From: Candidatus Poriferisocius sp.
GTDB taxonomy: Bacteria > Actinomycetota > Acidimicrobiia > Acidimicrobiales > Bin134
Length of the DNA stretch: 64,000 nucleotides
NCBI RefSeq assembly: GCF_965204015.1
Contig: NZ_OZ241965.1
Span: 53,782 to 117,781 of the forward strand
Direction of reading: 5' to 3'
Shown: piece by piece, positions 38,870-48,703 of the stretch
How positions within the stretch are numbered: the stretch's first letter is position 1
Layout of the letters: each line of letters begins with the position of its first letter
The notes under the pieces: model-generated
What the model was told of the DNA's origin: nothing
Databases searched by the model: none
What the model saw: the letters and a program-made list of their open reading frames with translations, nothing else
Translations under genes and position numbers: made by a program

Positions 38870-40069
38870 TCAGGCCGGTTGCAGCTGGTTCAACTCGGTG
38901 ACGTTGTCGAGGAGGATCTTCTTTTTGGTGGCATCGTCGAAGCCTTTGTCCTTGAGCTCCACCAGGTAGTCCAGCGGCTGGGGCATGCCCTCGATGTGGG
39001 GCCAGTCGCTGCCGAAGATCACCCGGTCGGCGCCCATGTAGTGGACCACCTCGGCCACGTCGTCCTCCCAGAAGGGGTTGATCCACACATGTTGGCGGAA
39101 CAGCTCTGAGGGGTCTTCTTTGAACCAGCCGATGCTCTTGTGGGTGGCATGGCCCAGCTTGCGGAACATGTCGCTCAGGAACTGCGACCCGTTCTCCACC
39201 GAGGCGATTCGCAGGTTCGTGAACCGCTCGAACAACTTCTCCAGGGCCAGGGTGATCAGGTAGTCATAGGCGGCCCGCTCGATATTGTAGGCCTTGATGC
39301 TGGGCTTGTACTTGCGCCCCTTGCCCACTCCAGCCGAGGCGAAGCCGTCCACGTCGTAGCCGTGGGTGGTGTAGCCGCTGTCGCCGGCGTGGACCACCGC
39401 GCAGATACCGGACTCGTTGACCCGAGCCCAGAACGGGTCGAAATGCTCGTCGGCTGGCGACATGAACCCATCGGCGGTCCAGACCGCGGCCGGGCGCATC
39501 ACGATGGTGCGGGCGCCTTTGTCGATGGCCCACTCCAACTCCTGGCAGGCCCAGTCCAAATCGCCCAGAGCGATATAGGGAGCGGCGTAGATGGTGTCGC
39601 GGTAGGCGAACCCCCACTGCTCGTCCAGCCAGCGGTTGAATCCGCCGAACAGGGCACACACCGCTTCGATGTCCTCCTTGACGAGCTCCTCATAGAGCAC
39701 GCCCAAGGTGGGGAAGAGCCACACCGACTGGAGTCCCTGCTGGTGTACCTTCTCGACCCGGGCATCCCGGTCGTCCACGTAGTAGCGGGGTAGCTTCTCC
39801 CGCTTGCTCAGCATGTCGGCCGGGTTTCGGCCCTCGGGATTGCCCCGGAAGTAGTCGTGCATGGCGCCTGGCAGGGCGATGGGATCCCAAGTGGGGTTCA
39901 CCACCGCATGGCTGATCTTGCCGCCCACCAGGTGGTAGCGGCGGCCGTTCACCTCGGCCCACTGCACGCATCGGGGATGCATGGCCGGGTCCACATGGCG
40001 AGTGAAGGCATCCTCCGCCTCGTAGTAATGGTTGTCGCAGTCGAAGGGGATATAACCGAGCTCGTCCAC
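38870..40069 (-). CDS. amidohydrolase-2 (ACMSD-like) family metal-dependent hydrolase
   Basis: IPFDCDNHYYE N-terminal His motif, ...VHAGDSG..., and FGSDWPH near the C-terminus. Confidence 0.8.
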   Translation of the reverse strand: MDELGYIPFDCDNHYYEAEDAFTRHVDPAMHPRCVQWAEVNGRRYHLVGGKISHAVVNPTWDPIALPGAMHDYFRGNPEGRNPADMLSKREKLPRYYVDDRDARVEKVHQQGLQSVWLFPTLGVLYEELVKEDIEAVCALFGGFNRWLDEQWGFAYRDTIYAAPYIALGDLDWACQELEWAIDKGARTIVMRPAAVWTADGFMSPADEHFDPFWARVNESGICAVVHAGDSGYTTHGYDVDGFASAGVGKGRKYKPSIKAYNIERAAYDYLITLALEKLFERFTNLRIASVENGSQFLSDMFRKLGHATHKSIGWFKEDPSELFRQHVWINPFWEDDVAEVVHYMGADRVIFGSDWPHIEGMPQPLDYLVELKDKGFDDATKKKILLDNVTELNQLQPA

Positions 40070-40106
40070 GAAACCAGGCTACCGCTGGGCCCTTGGCGGT
40101 GTCTGC

Positions 40107-40976
40107 TTGGACAGCGGGTTCCGGCCTGCTGAAGGGCGCGCTACCGTCGGTCCCGTGCCAGAAACCCCAGAAACTGAGACTGCCACCCTCGTCGAGGATC
40201 GAGAGCGGGTCCGTTATATCACCCTGAATCGTCCCGAGCGGCGCAATGCCCTGACCATGGCCCAGCTCGGCCAGCTCTTCGACGCCCTGGACGAGGCCGA
40301 GGCCGCGGCTGATATCGGGGCCATTGTGATCCAGGGGGCCGGCGAAGCATTCTGCTCGGGCATCGACCTCGACCCCGACGAGATCGACTTGGACTACGAC
40401 TCCCGCTCCTTCGAGCAGGAACTGGTGCTGGTGGAGCCGTTTCGCCGTTTCGAGGACATGTGGCGACTCCGCACCCCGATCATCGCCTCGGTCCACGGCT
40501 ACTGCCTGGCGGTGGGCACCGACATCGCCTTCCACGCCGACATGACCGTCTGCGCCGACGACGCCCAGTTCGGCTACCCCATCGTGCGGTCGATGGCCTC
40601 GCCTTCGACCCACATGTGGACCTACCTGGCCGGCCCCCAGTGGGCCAAGCGCCTCCTGCTCACCGGCGACATGATCGACGGTGCCACCGCGGCCCGCGCC
40701 GGCTTTGTGCTGGAGGCCGTGCCCGCCGACGACCTGGCCGAGCACACCCACGCCCTAGCCCGCCGAGTGGCCACCGTGCCCAACGACATCTCCGCGGCTA
40801 ACAAGGCCATCTGCAACAAAGTCCTCGAGCTGATGGGCTACACCGCCGCCCAAGAAGCAGCCCGCGAGCACAACGTCATCGCCCACCAATCCCCCGCCGC
40901 CCAAGAATTCGGCCACATCATAAGAACCCAAGGCTTCAAAGCCGCCCGAGCCTGGCAAGCCGAACAATTCGGCTAG
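40107..40976 (+). CDS. enoyl-CoA hydratase/isomerase (crotonase) family protein
   Basis: ITLNRPERRNAL...GAGEAFCSGIDL...VHGYCLAVGTDIAF. The start is uncertain (TTG 40107 or GTG 40155). Confidence 0.85.
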   Translation: MDSGFRPAEGRATVGPVPETPETETATLVEDRERVRYITLNRPERRNALTMAQLGQLFDALDEAEAAADIGAIVIQGAGEAFCSGIDLDPDEIDLDYDSRSFEQELVLVEPFRRFEDMWRLRTPIIASVHGYCLAVGTDIAFHADMTVCADDAQFGYPIVRSMASPSTHMWTYLAGPQWAKRLLLTGDMIDGATAARAGFVLEAVPADDLAEHTHALARRVATVPNDISAANKAICNKVLELMGYTAAQEAAREHNVIAHQSPAAQEFGHIIRTQGFKAARAWQAEQFG

Positions 40977-40997
40977 AAGCGACTAGCTACGCCTCCG

Positions 40998-41303
40998 CTA
41001 ACAACCAGTGGCGGCTTTGAGGGCTTGGCAGGCCTCATCCATGCGGGCGGGCGTGAGCTGGGTGACGCGGCGTCGGAAGTCGCTTCGAGGGAGGGTGTAG
41101 ATCGTGTCGAAGTTGACGACGCTTTCGACGGGGACACCATCGTCAACAGACAGGGGGAGCTCAGAGGGCAGGCCCCGGATGCTGCGGGTAAGGCCGGCGG
41201 CAACCACGCTCCCGATGCGGGCAGCAACGGGATCGCGAGTGAGCACGAGCACCGGGCGGTCACCGTTAGGGGTCTCGGCGAACCAGATCTCACCCCTTTG
41301 CAT
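40998..41303 (-). CDS. PemK/MazF-family type II toxin
   Basis: MQRGEIWFAE......RPVLVLTRD......VVAAGLT.......E..L, the typical MazF N-terminal logic. Overlaps the upstream antitoxin gene. Confidence 0.8.
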   Translation of the reverse strand: MQRGEIWFAETPNGDRPVLVLTRDPVAARIGSVVAAGLTRSIRGLPSELPLSVDDGVPVESVVNFDTIYTLPRSDFRRRVTQLTPARMDEACQALKAATGC

Positions 41304-41550
41304 CGAGCCACTCAATCCAGTCAGACCAGTCTTCGGCAGGGAGCCAATACTGGACAGCGCTCAATGCAAGTTCGTCTTCGGTGAGTGGCATCTTCTCGTA
41401 GATCTCGGCATCGCGCTCGGCCAGGATGGCGTTGATGTGCCGGCGTATCGCCTCGCGGTACAGCTCGGAGAGGGCAACGCCGATGTACTCGGCGCATTCC
41501 TTTGCTCTTGCTGCCTCTTCGGGGGTCACCCGGAAGCTAAGCATCGTCAT
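41290..41550 (-). CDS. ribbon-helix-helix-type antitoxin
   Basis: 86 aa. The MLSFRVTPEEAARAKECAE beta-strand/helix start is typical of RHH/CopG antitoxins, and the gene sits directly upstream of the MazF-like gene. A 7-bp inverted repeat GTCATAC/GTATGAC (41546-41574) spans its start. Confidence 0.7.
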   Translation of the reverse strand: MTMLSFRVTPEEAARAKECAEYIGVALSELYREAIRRHINAILAERDAEIYEKMPLTEDELALSAVQYWLPAEDWSDWIEWLDAKG

Positions 41551-41632
41551 ACATTGACAGCTTAAAGTATGACACCAGGGGACGCAAGCCCCTTTTTGCC
41601 TTTAATCAGGGCATTTGCCCCATTTTGGCTTG

Positions 41633-42778
41633 CTAGTTTCCGCTTTCGAGCAGTTCATCCAGTGCTTGGTGGAAGTGGATCAGGGCTACTTCGTGGCGGC
41701 CTACGAGGGTCTCTTCGACCAGGCCGGAGGATAGGGAATGCTGGATCTTGACGGCTTGGGGGAAGTCTTCGCCGGCGCCGACTCGTTGGTGCAGCTCCAG
41801 GGTGCGCTCGTAGTGGGGGCGGGTTTGTTCTGTGACGGGCTCGGGGGTGTAGAGGGTCATGGTGACGTCGGTTTGGTCGACGGCAGTGGGCAGAAACTGG
41901 TACACCGCGAAGTGGTCCACGCTGTGGCTCAGGATGACGTTGGGGGCGATCAAGTACTCCACGGTGGCTCGGCTGAGCAGGTCCCAGTCGTCCTCGGGGG
42001 CTTCGGCCAACTCCAGGATCGACTTCTGGCAGGTTTGGAACCGCAGGTTGGGGCCGTAGCCCCGGTAGGTCATGGGCTGCGACAGGTAGTACTTGCCCAC
42101 TGTGGTGCGGTGCAGCGAGAACACGTGGTACGACTCCAAAAACGTGTCCACCAGCAGCTTCCAGTTGCACGGCCAGCTCGACTCCCACCGGTCGAATGGG
42201 AGGTAGCTGCTCACGTTGAAGTCGTCGAGATCGAATGCGGCCTCGCCGACGAGGCTGGCCGCGTCCACCGGATCGTCTCCTTCGGGCTGGACGAACACCA
42301 GGCCGTGGGCCTCACCCACCGGCACCGGCACTAGGCCGAGCTCCGATTCGTCAGTTCCATCGAACCCCTCCCCCGCCTGAGGCCGGGCCAATAGCGTTCC
42401 GTCCAGCCGGTAGGTCCAGGCGTGGAACGGACACCGCAGCGAAGCCGCCCCGGACCCGCACCCGCTGACCACCGACGACGCCCGGTGGCGGCACACGTTG
42501 CGGAACCCCCGCAGCACCCCGTCGTCGCCCCGCACCACCACTACCGGCACCCCGCCCACGGTGAGCGACACATAGTCGCCAGGTGAGGCCACCGCCCCCG
42601 ACAGGCAGGCCACCACCGGGCGACGGCGGAACAGCGTCTCCCGCTCGGCTTGCCAATGCTGCTCGCTCACGTAGACCTCGGCGGGCAGCACCAGCATGTC
42701 GTCGGCCAGCTGCGTAGTGCCCGCGGCGTGGTGGGCCAGCAGCTCCCGGATCAGCTCCACCTGGGTCTCGCGCCGCAC
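41633..42778 (-). CDS. Rieske [2Fe-2S] aromatic-ring-hydroxylating oxygenase, alpha subunit
   Basis: Rieske motif CRHR(13)..LRCPFHAWTY, followed by a catalytic domain with ESYHV. Confidence 0.85.
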   Translation of the reverse strand: MRRETQVELIRELLAHHAAGTTQLADDMLVLPAEVYVSEQHWQAERETLFRRRPVVACLSGAVASPGDYVSLTVGGVPVVVVRGDDGVLRGFRNVCRHRASSVVSGCGSGAASLRCPFHAWTYRLDGTLLARPQAGEGFDGTDESELGLVPVPVGEAHGLVFVQPEGDDPVDAASLVGEAAFDLDDFNVSSYLPFDRWESSWPCNWKLLVDTFLESYHVFSLHRTTVGKYYLSQPMTYRGYGPNLRFQTCQKSILELAEAPEDDWDLLSRATVEYLIAPNVILSHSVDHFAVYQFLPTAVDQTDVTMTLYTPEPVTEQTRPHYERTLELHQRVGAGEDFPQAVKIQHSLSSGLVEETLVGRHEVALIHFHQALDELLESGN

Positions 42779-42902
42779 GCTCGGAGACTACCGGAGACTC
42801 TCGGCGGCGATTGGCCTCGCCCGACTCGGCTGCCCCGGCCCAGTAACGTCGGCGGGTGATGGACAGCCACCTCCAGCTCGCCCACCGCCTAGGACGCTCC
42901 GC

Positions 42903-43697
42903 ATGAATCGAGACCTGTACCTGTACGAGGTGGTCGACGTCATCGGGCAGGGCCAATACGACTACATGGAGCACCTGTGGCAAGACCCAGTGCTGCGCAT
43001 GCCGGAGATGTTCGGGCTCCAGGGCGCGTTTTACATCCTGGGCGCGGGCGGCGGGCGGTGGCCCCAAGTCATCAATATTTGGGACATCGGATCGGAGGGC
43101 TGGAAGGGCCTGGCCAAAAACCTCGACCGGCTCAACCTGAAGCGGCGCAAAGCCTTCTACGGGGACTGGTGGGATGAGGCTGCCAAATGGCGCTCCGGCG
43201 GATTCGACCGGCTGTGCGGGGGCGTGCCCGGCAGCCCCAGCACCACCGAGATTGCCCAGGCGGGTATCAAGGGCACGCTGTTCGTGAACGAGATTCTCAC
43301 CGTGCGGCCGGGCACACCGCTGGAGTTTTTGGGCGCGGTGGCCGAGGAGCGAGTTCCCCTTATGGCCGACTACGGACACCGCCCCACTGGGCTGTACGAG
43401 GTGCTCAACAACCAGCACGAGGTGGTGATGGTGTGGGCCACCGACATCGCCTCCCACATGACCTTCCGCCAGAACCGCGACACCACCCGGGGCCTGTGCG
43501 ACGAGGGCACCGCTGACGAGCGAATCACCGCTTGGGAGCAGCGCTCGGCCGAGTACGTCACCGGCGGTGATACCCACCTGATGACTCCCCTTCCCCGCAC
43601 GGTGTACGGCCCCGACGACTGGGAGGACGCCAGCCTGGAGAATTGGCTGGCGGCGCAAGAATCGGCTGATCAGAAAGCTGGGGGTAGCGATGGATAG
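42903..43697 (+). CDS. hypothetical protein (possibly NIPSNAP/dimeric alpha-beta barrel-like)
   Basis: 264 aa from ATG 42903 (MNRDLYLYEVVDVIGQG). The ORF-track extension to 42696 overlaps the divergent Rieske gene. The family call is weak. Confidence 0.6.
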   Translation: MNRDLYLYEVVDVIGQGQYDYMEHLWQDPVLRMPEMFGLQGAFYILGAGGGRWPQVINIWDIGSEGWKGLAKNLDRLNLKRRKAFYGDWWDEAAKWRSGGFDRLCGGVPGSPSTTEIAQAGIKGTLFVNEILTVRPGTPLEFLGAVAEERVPLMADYGHRPTGLYEVLNNQHEVVMVWATDIASHMTFRQNRDTTRGLCDEGTADERITAWEQRSAEYVTGGDTHLMTPLPRTVYGPDDWEDASLENWLAAQESADQKAGGSDG

Positions 43698-44451
43698 GTT
43701 CGACCTGACTGGGCGGGTGGCCATCGTCACCGGGGCCTCCAGGGGGATCGGCCAGGCTTTGGCCCTTGGTCTGGCCGAGGCCGGAGCAAAGGTGGTTGCC
43801 GCCAGCCGCACCCTGGATGCCTGCCAGGAGCTGGCCGACCAGATCACCGCTGGTGGCGGAGAAGCCATGGCCGTATCGCTCGATGTGGGCCAGCTAGACC
43901 AGCATCAGCGGCTGTTGGATGCCACCGCTGAGCGCTTCGGCCGCCTCGATGTGCTGGTGAACAACGCCGGGGTGCTGCGACCCCACCATACGACCCGGGT
44001 CACCCCCGAGGAGCTAGATGACGTCTTGGCCGTGAACCTCAGGGGCCCGCTGTTCTTGTCGCAGGCTGCCCTCGATCACCTGGCCGCCGACGGGGGCGGG
44101 TCGATCATCAACATCGGGGCGCTGGGGGCCTTTCAGCCCATGGAGGGCATCGGTGCATACTGCGCCGTCAAAGCGGCGATGGCCAACTGGACCACCACCA
44201 TGGCCCGAGAGTGGGCCAGCCGTGGGGTGCGGGTGAACCTGCTGGTGCCCGGCCCGGTGGCCACCGACATGATCTTGCCCCGCGACCCCGACGCCCGGGC
44301 CCGATTCGAGCAGGAGGTGGCCAAAGAGACCATCTTCGGGCGCCTCGGCGTTCCTGAAGATCTCGTGGGCGCAGCGGTGTTCCTGGCCAGCGACGCCTCG
44401 GCGTTCATGAGCGGCCGCCCCGTGTTCGTAGACGGGGGAATGCTGCGCTGA
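43690..44451 (+). CDS. SDR-family oxidoreductase (FabG-like)
   Basis: VAIVTGASRGIGQA, NNAG and Y..K (YCAVKAA) motifs. Confidence 0.9.
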   Translation: MDRFDLTGRVAIVTGASRGIGQALALGLAEAGAKVVAASRTLDACQELADQITAGGGEAMAVSLDVGQLDQHQRLLDATAERFGRLDVLVNNAGVLRPHHTTRVTPEELDDVLAVNLRGPLFLSQAALDHLAADGGGSIINIGALGAFQPMEGIGAYCAVKAAMANWTTTMAREWASRGVRVNLLVPGPVATDMILPRDPDARARFEQEVAKETIFGRLGVPEDLVGAAVFLASDASAFMSGRPVFVDGGMLR

Positions 44452-44517
44452 ACTGGGCAATCGGCGCAGGCCGTAAAGGTGCGCTAGTTGCGGTCCGGCA
44501 CCGGGTAGGGTCGGGGC

Positions 44518-45189
44518 ATGGCCTCTGAGGTCTTGATCGCGCCTTCAGTGCTGCCCGCTGATTTCGCCCGATTGGGCGAAGAGTGCATCGGCTTGGAGAA
44601 GGCCGGGGCCGACCGCATCCACTGGGACGTGATGGACGGGCGGTTTGTGCCCAACCTCACCTTCGGCCCCGACGTGATCGCCTCGATCCGACCCCTGGTG
44701 TCGTTGCCGTTCGAGGCCCACCTGATGGTGGAGGAGCCCCATGAGCTGGCCCCCCGCTACGCCGAAGCCGGCTGCGAGCTGCTCATCGTCCACGCCGAGG
44801 CTTGCCCTCACCTGCACCGCACGCTGGGGGCCATCCGAGAGTTGGGCATCGACGCCGGGGTCGCTCTCAACCCGGCTACGCCGGCTTCGGCGGTGGCCCA
44901 TGTGCTGGACTTGTGCCGGCTGGTCCTGGTGATGACCGTCAACCCCGGCTGGGGCGGGCAGTCGTATATCGCGTCGATGGAGTCCAAGGTGGCCGAGATG
45001 CGGGCGATGATCTACGAAGGCAGCCACGACGTGGAGTTGGAGGTTGACGGCGGCATCGGACGGGCGACCATCGGAGCAGCCGCCAAGGCCGGGGCCGGAG
45101 TGTTCGTGGCCGGCAGCGCGGTGTTCTCCGATGAGCGGGGCTTTGACCACGCCATCACCGACTTGCGAGACGCGGCCACCGACCGCTGA
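44518..45189 (+). CDS. rpe: ribulose-phosphate 3-epimerase
   Basis: IAPSVLPADFARLGEE.......GADRIHWDVMDGRFVPNLTFG and MTVNPGWGGQ. Confidence 0.95.
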   Translation: MASEVLIAPSVLPADFARLGEECIGLEKAGADRIHWDVMDGRFVPNLTFGPDVIASIRPLVSLPFEAHLMVEEPHELAPRYAEAGCELLIVHAEACPHLHRTLGAIRELGIDAGVALNPATPASAVAHVLDLCRLVLVMTVNPGWGGQSYIASMESKVAEMRAMIYEGSHDVELEVDGGIGRATIGAAAKAGAGVFVAGSAVFSDERGFDHAITDLRDAATDR

Positions 45190-45191
45190 CC

Positions 45192-45686
45192 GTGCCAGTG
45201 GTTCGCCGCCGGCTGCCGATTGCGGCTGTGCTATTGGTCGCGGTTGCCCCGCTTGTCATGGCCATCGGGGCGTGCGGGGGCGGAGATCAGTCTGACCTGG
45301 CCGCGTTCTGTGAGAAGCTCCGCGTCGCTTCGGGACCCGAGGGAGCGTTGGCCTCGCTCGCCCCCACCGACCCCGATGCCGCCGAGGTGGCTGCTGAGGA
45401 ATTGGATAATCTGCACCGAGCCGCCCCGTTGGAAATCAAGCCATCGCTGGCCGTGATCAACGACACCGTGGGCCTCGTTCTGACCGCCTTGAGCGGCTCA
45501 GATACCGCCGGCCAGGATTCCTTGCAGAAAATGGACAGCGAGATGGCCGCCTATTCCGAAGCCGCCACCGAGTTGGCCCGATTCGCAGCCGAACACTGCG
45601 GCTTGGATCTGAATCCCGAGACTCCCGCCATTGTCTTCGACACCGACCGGATTACCGGCGAGGTGCGGTTGGACGTCGCGGGCTGA
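45192..45686 (+). CDS. hypothetical lipoprotein
   Basis: GTG start and signal with a lipobox-like VMAIGAC. No recognised domain. Confidence 0.6.
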   Translation: MPVVRRRLPIAAVLLVAVAPLVMAIGACGGGDQSDLAAFCEKLRVASGPEGALASLAPTDPDAAEVAAEELDNLHRAAPLEIKPSLAVINDTVGLVLTALSGSDTAGQDSLQKMDSEMAAYSEAATELARFAAEHCGLDLNPETPAIVFDTDRITGEVRLDVAG

Positions 45687-45719
45687 CGCTGGCCGGCTGA
45701 GTGTCGATGATCTGAAGGG

Positions 45720-46310
45720 TCAGATCATCTCGCCGCGCTTGACGATGACGTGGTCGATGATGCCGTACTGCTTGGCTTCCTCGGCGGTGAACCAGCGGTC
45801 GCGATCGGAGTCGGCTTCTACCTGCTCTATTGATTGGCCGGTGTGGGTGGCAATGCGTTCGGCCAGCAGCGTTTTCACATAGGCATGCTGCTCGGCCTGG
45901 ATGGCGATGTCGGTGGCTTGGCCCCGCACGCCTCCCGAAGGCTGATGCATCATGATCCGGGCATGGGGCAGGGCGTAGCGCTTGCCGGGCGCGCCGGCGC
46001 ACAGCAAAAACTGGCCCATCGAGGCGCCCAGGCCCATGCAGATGGTCCCGACATCGGGGGCGATGAACTGCATGGTGTCGTAGATGGCCATGCCCGAGGT
46101 GACCGATCCGCCTGGCGAGTTGATGTACAGCCAGATGTCCTTTTCGGCGTCCTCGCCCTCGAGGTACAGGAGCTGCGCGGTGATGTAGTTGGCGATGTCG
46201 TCGTCTACGGCGGTTCCCAAGAACACGATGCGGTTCTTCAGCAACCGGTTGTAGATCTCGAAAGCGCCGCGCTCAGGGCTGCCCGGCTCGAACAAAACGG
46301 GGTCGGTCAT
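45720..46310 (-). CDS. clpP: ATP-dependent Clp protease proteolytic subunit
   Basis: [26 protein letters not shown] (catalytic Ser) and MMHQP. Confidence 0.95.
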   Translation of the reverse strand: MTDPVLFEPGSPERGAFEIYNRLLKNRIVFLGTAVDDDIANYITAQLLYLEGEDAEKDIWLYINSPGGSVTSGMAIYDTMQFIAPDVGTICMGLGASMGQFLLCAGAPGKRYALPHARIMMHQPSGGVRGQATDIAIQAEQHAYVKTLLAERIATHTGQSIEQVEADSDRDRWFTAEEAKQYGIIDHVIVKRGEMI

Positions 46311-46328
46311 GGCCCCAATCGTACCGGC

Positions 46329-47477
46329 CTACTGCCCTCCATCGGCCACCCGATCCACCGGCATCACCGTGCACACCGGCGCCTCAGGGGGTTCGGCGGG
46401 GAGCATGAAGCGCCAGAACACCGCGGCCCGGGGCTCGCCGCAGGTGTCCAGCCAGTTGGGCACGCCGGGGTCGCGGTGGGAAATGACCACCCGGTAGCGG
46501 CGGTCTTCGCCGAGCTCCATCTGGGTGTCGTTCAGCGACACCGTGCGCTCCAGATAGTCAGCCGTTTGACCGAGCTCGTTCCAAATAACCACGTTGGTGA
46601 ACAGACCCTCGGGCAGCCGTCCCTCCATGACCAGGGCCTCGTCGGGGCCCAACTCGTACTCCCCGGCCGAGTAGGCGATGTCCACCGCTCCCCATCCGCC
46701 GCCGTCGCCGTCGGTCCAATCCACCGGCGGGCCCATGGTGTTGGGCACCTCGGAATACCAGCTCGGACGGCGACGGGGCTGCGGGCCGAGCATCTGTCCG
46801 CCGAACTTCGAGCGAACCCATGCCTCCACCCGCCTCAGTCGACGGGCCACCGTCTCATCGTCGGGCACCGGGACCTGCTCGGGCCCGTCGACTGTTTCGA
46901 TGCGCAGATCGGGGACTAGTTCGGGCTGGGCCGAGGCGGCTTGTGCCTCGTTGAAGTAGAACCGCACCACCACCGATCCGGCGTCTTCTTCCAAGGGCAT
47001 CCAGTTGACCCTGTGAGCCTCTGGCGACAGGACGACTTCGAAGGAGCCGTCGGCGTCGAACGCCATGTCGTCCATGTTGAGTTCGGCCACCACCCGGGTT
47101 GGCCAGTGCCCGTCGCGGTCACCACCGTGCACGGTGAGCGACAGGTAGACCTCCCGCCCTCGCCGACCCTGAACCCGGTAGGTGAGGTCGCCCCGCAGTG
47201 GGGCAAAGAAGTAGATGGCGTCCGGGTTGTCGCCCCACTTGCGGTACGGCGAGATAAGGCGCACGAAGTGGGGCCGCTCCGGTTCGTTCTCCAGGTAGAG
47301 GTCCAGAGCCCCCCACAGCGCCATGCCCAACCCCCGAATGCCCAAGTGCTCTCGGCCGGGGGCCAGGCCCCGCTGCGGCCCAATCCAGTCGGCGTCGATT
47401 TCCGCCAGCGCGCCCAGCAGGTCCTGCCAAGCCCGCCGGGTTTCACTGGCTGGCCTGCTCTCTTGTGGGTCGCTCAC
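46329..47477 (-). CDS. hypothetical protein (DUF1214-like?), paralog of 7967..9160
   Basis: 382 aa. WGDNPDAIYFFAPLRGDLTYRVQGRRG aligns with GQDNPDAMYMTAPVDLSHTYRLTGRID of the 7967 ORF, and the two are colinear to the C-terminus (ISHRDPGVPNW vs ISHQDPGIQNW). Confidence 0.7.
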   Translation of the reverse strand: MSDPQESRPASETRRAWQDLLGALAEIDADWIGPQRGLAPGREHLGIRGLGMALWGALDLYLENEPERPHFVRLISPYRKWGDNPDAIYFFAPLRGDLTYRVQGRRGREVYLSLTVHGGDRDGHWPTRVVAELNMDDMAFDADGSFEVVLSPEAHRVNWMPLEEDAGSVVVRFYFNEAQAASAQPELVPDLRIETVDGPEQVPVPDDETVARRLRRVEAWVRSKFGGQMLGPQPRRRPSWYSEVPNTMGPPVDWTDGDGGGWGAVDIAYSAGEYELGPDEALVMEGRLPEGLFTNVVIWNELGQTADYLERTVSLNDTQMELGEDRRYRVVISHRDPGVPNWLDTCGEPRAAVFWRFMLPAEPPEAPVCTVMPVDRVADGGQ

Positions 47478-48001
47478 AGCGCCTCCGGGCCGATCGGGGT
47501 GGCCGCCAGCGTGTCCTCGTCAGCGTCGAAAAGCACCGCCAGAAACGTGGTGGGCTGGTCGGTGCGGTTGCGCCACGCGTGAACCGTCCCCCGCTGCACC
47601 ACGCAGTCCCCGGCGCGGAGGTGAACGTCGTCGTCGCCTTCCAGCACCAGCCACAGCTCGCCTTCCAATACGCAGATGAAGTCCACCGTGGCAGTCCGAT
47701 GGAGATTCTCCTCGTCGCCCACCGGGCGGGGATGACCATCGGCGTCTACGTAGACCGCCGAGTCGGGCGGGAGTTTGTTGCGGATGATGTTCACCCCTCC
47801 GCTTGGCGGCGAAAGCTGAAACCCGTCCCGGTCACCTGGGGCGGTGTAACTGGCAGGGAGTTCCTCCACTGCCCATAAGGCGGTGAGGAACTGCTCGGGA
47901 TGGCGGGGGCTGATCACCACCGGCGGCGGTCCATCGCCGTCCACCACCGAGTGGCCGTCGCCGTCCACCGCAGTCACAATCCGCCGGAAGTCATCAGTCA
48001 T
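47474..48001 (-). CDS. cupin-domain protein
   Basis: The C-terminal half G.LWLVLEG.....L.AGD.VVQRGT.HAW.N is a cupin-2 pattern. ATG 48001 lies 2 nt after the tRNA discriminator base, so the real start may be an internal GTG. Confidence 0.65.
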   Translation of the reverse strand: MTDDFRRIVTAVDGDGHSVVDGDGPPPVVISPRHPEQFLTALWAVEELPASYTAPGDRDGFQLSPPSGGVNIIRNKLPPDSAVYVDADGHPRPVGDEENLHRTATVDFICVLEGELWLVLEGDDDVHLRAGDCVVQRGTVHAWRNRTDQPTTFLAVLFDADEDTLAATPIGPEAL

Positions 48002-48002
48002 G

Positions 48003-48087
48003 TGCGCCAGGTGGGATTTGAACCCACACGGGCTTGCGCCCACAGGGACCTAAACCCTGCGCGTCTGCCAAATTCCGCCACTGGCGC
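48003..48087 (-). tRNA. tRNA-Leu (anticodon UAG), long variable arm, CCA not encoded
   Basis: Folded by hand. Acceptor GCGCCAG/CTGGCGC, D-arm TGGCGGAATTTGGCAGACGC, anticodon stem CAGGG/CCCTG with loop TTTAGGT, variable arm GGGCGCAAGCCCGT, T-arm GTGGG-TTCAAAT-CCCAC, discriminator A. Confidence 0.92.
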
Positions 48088-48106
48088 GTAGCTCGATGGA
48101 GCCAGG

Positions 48107-48703
48107 CTATAGGCCCAACTGGGCGGCCAAGGACCGAAAAGCCCGGCCCCGGTGGGAGACGGCGTTCTTCTCGTCGGGCGACATCTCGGCAAATGTGCGC
48201 CCGTCTCCCCCGTCGGGGACGAACACTGGGTCGTAGCCGAAGCCGCGGTCTCCCTGGGGTACAGCGGCAATGGTTCCTGAGATCGTGCCCTCGGCCAGCA
48301 GCTCATGGCCGTCGGGAAACACCACTATCGCAACAGTGCGGAAACGGGCTGATCGGTCGGCGGCTCCCTCCAATTCAGCTAGCAACCGGGCCCGGTTGTC
48401 GGCGTCATCAGCGTGCTCGCCGGCATAGCGGGCCGACCGCACTCCCGGCGCACCCCCCAATGCCGCCACCTCCAAACCGGTGTCGTCGGCCACTGCGGGC
48501 TGTCCGGTGTGCGCGCATACGGCGGCGGCCTTTAGGCGTGCGTTGGCTTCCAGGGTGTCGCCATCCTCTATCACTTCGCCTAAATCGGCGGGTCGGGGCA
48601 GCAGTTCAACGCTCCCTCCCAAGATGGCCGCGATCTCAGCCAGCTTGTGAGGGTTCGCGGTGGCCGCCACCACGTGCGGTGTTTCCCCTGAGGTGAGGCT
48701 CAA
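48107..48703 (-). CDS. rdgB: non-canonical purine NTP pyrophosphatase (RdgB/HAM1)
   Basis: [29 protein letters not shown] and FGYDP.F.P......TFAEM...EKN..SHR motifs. Confidence 0.9.
   Translation of the reverse strand: MSLTSGETPHVVAATANPHKLAEIAAILGGSVELLPRPADLGEVIEDGDTLEANARLKAAAVCAHTGQPAVADDTGLEVAALGGAPGVRSARYAGEHADDADNRARLLAELEGAADRSARFRTVAIVVFPDGHELLAEGTISGTIAAVPQGDRGFGYDPVFVPDGGDGRTFAEMSPDEKNAVSHRGRAFRSLAAQLGL

Noticed and set aside
41577-41597. + strand hairpin aggggacgcaagcccct followed by TTTT, resembling an intrinsic terminator
   Set aside because: No + strand gene ends nearby; the closest ends at 40976 with two minus-strand genes in between. The stem is only 5 bp. It could at most be a weak bidirectional element after the Rieske gene.
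42351-43868. 505-aa minus-strand ORF overlapping the Rieske, hypothetical and SDR genes
   Set aside because: Arg/Gly/Pro/Ala-rich nonsense translation that crosses three genes with good motif support on their own frames. Shadow ORF.
45720-46310. Single clpP without an adjacent clpP2/clpX as an anomaly
   Set aside because: The partner genes may simply lie outside this window, so nothing in the sequence itself is unusual.
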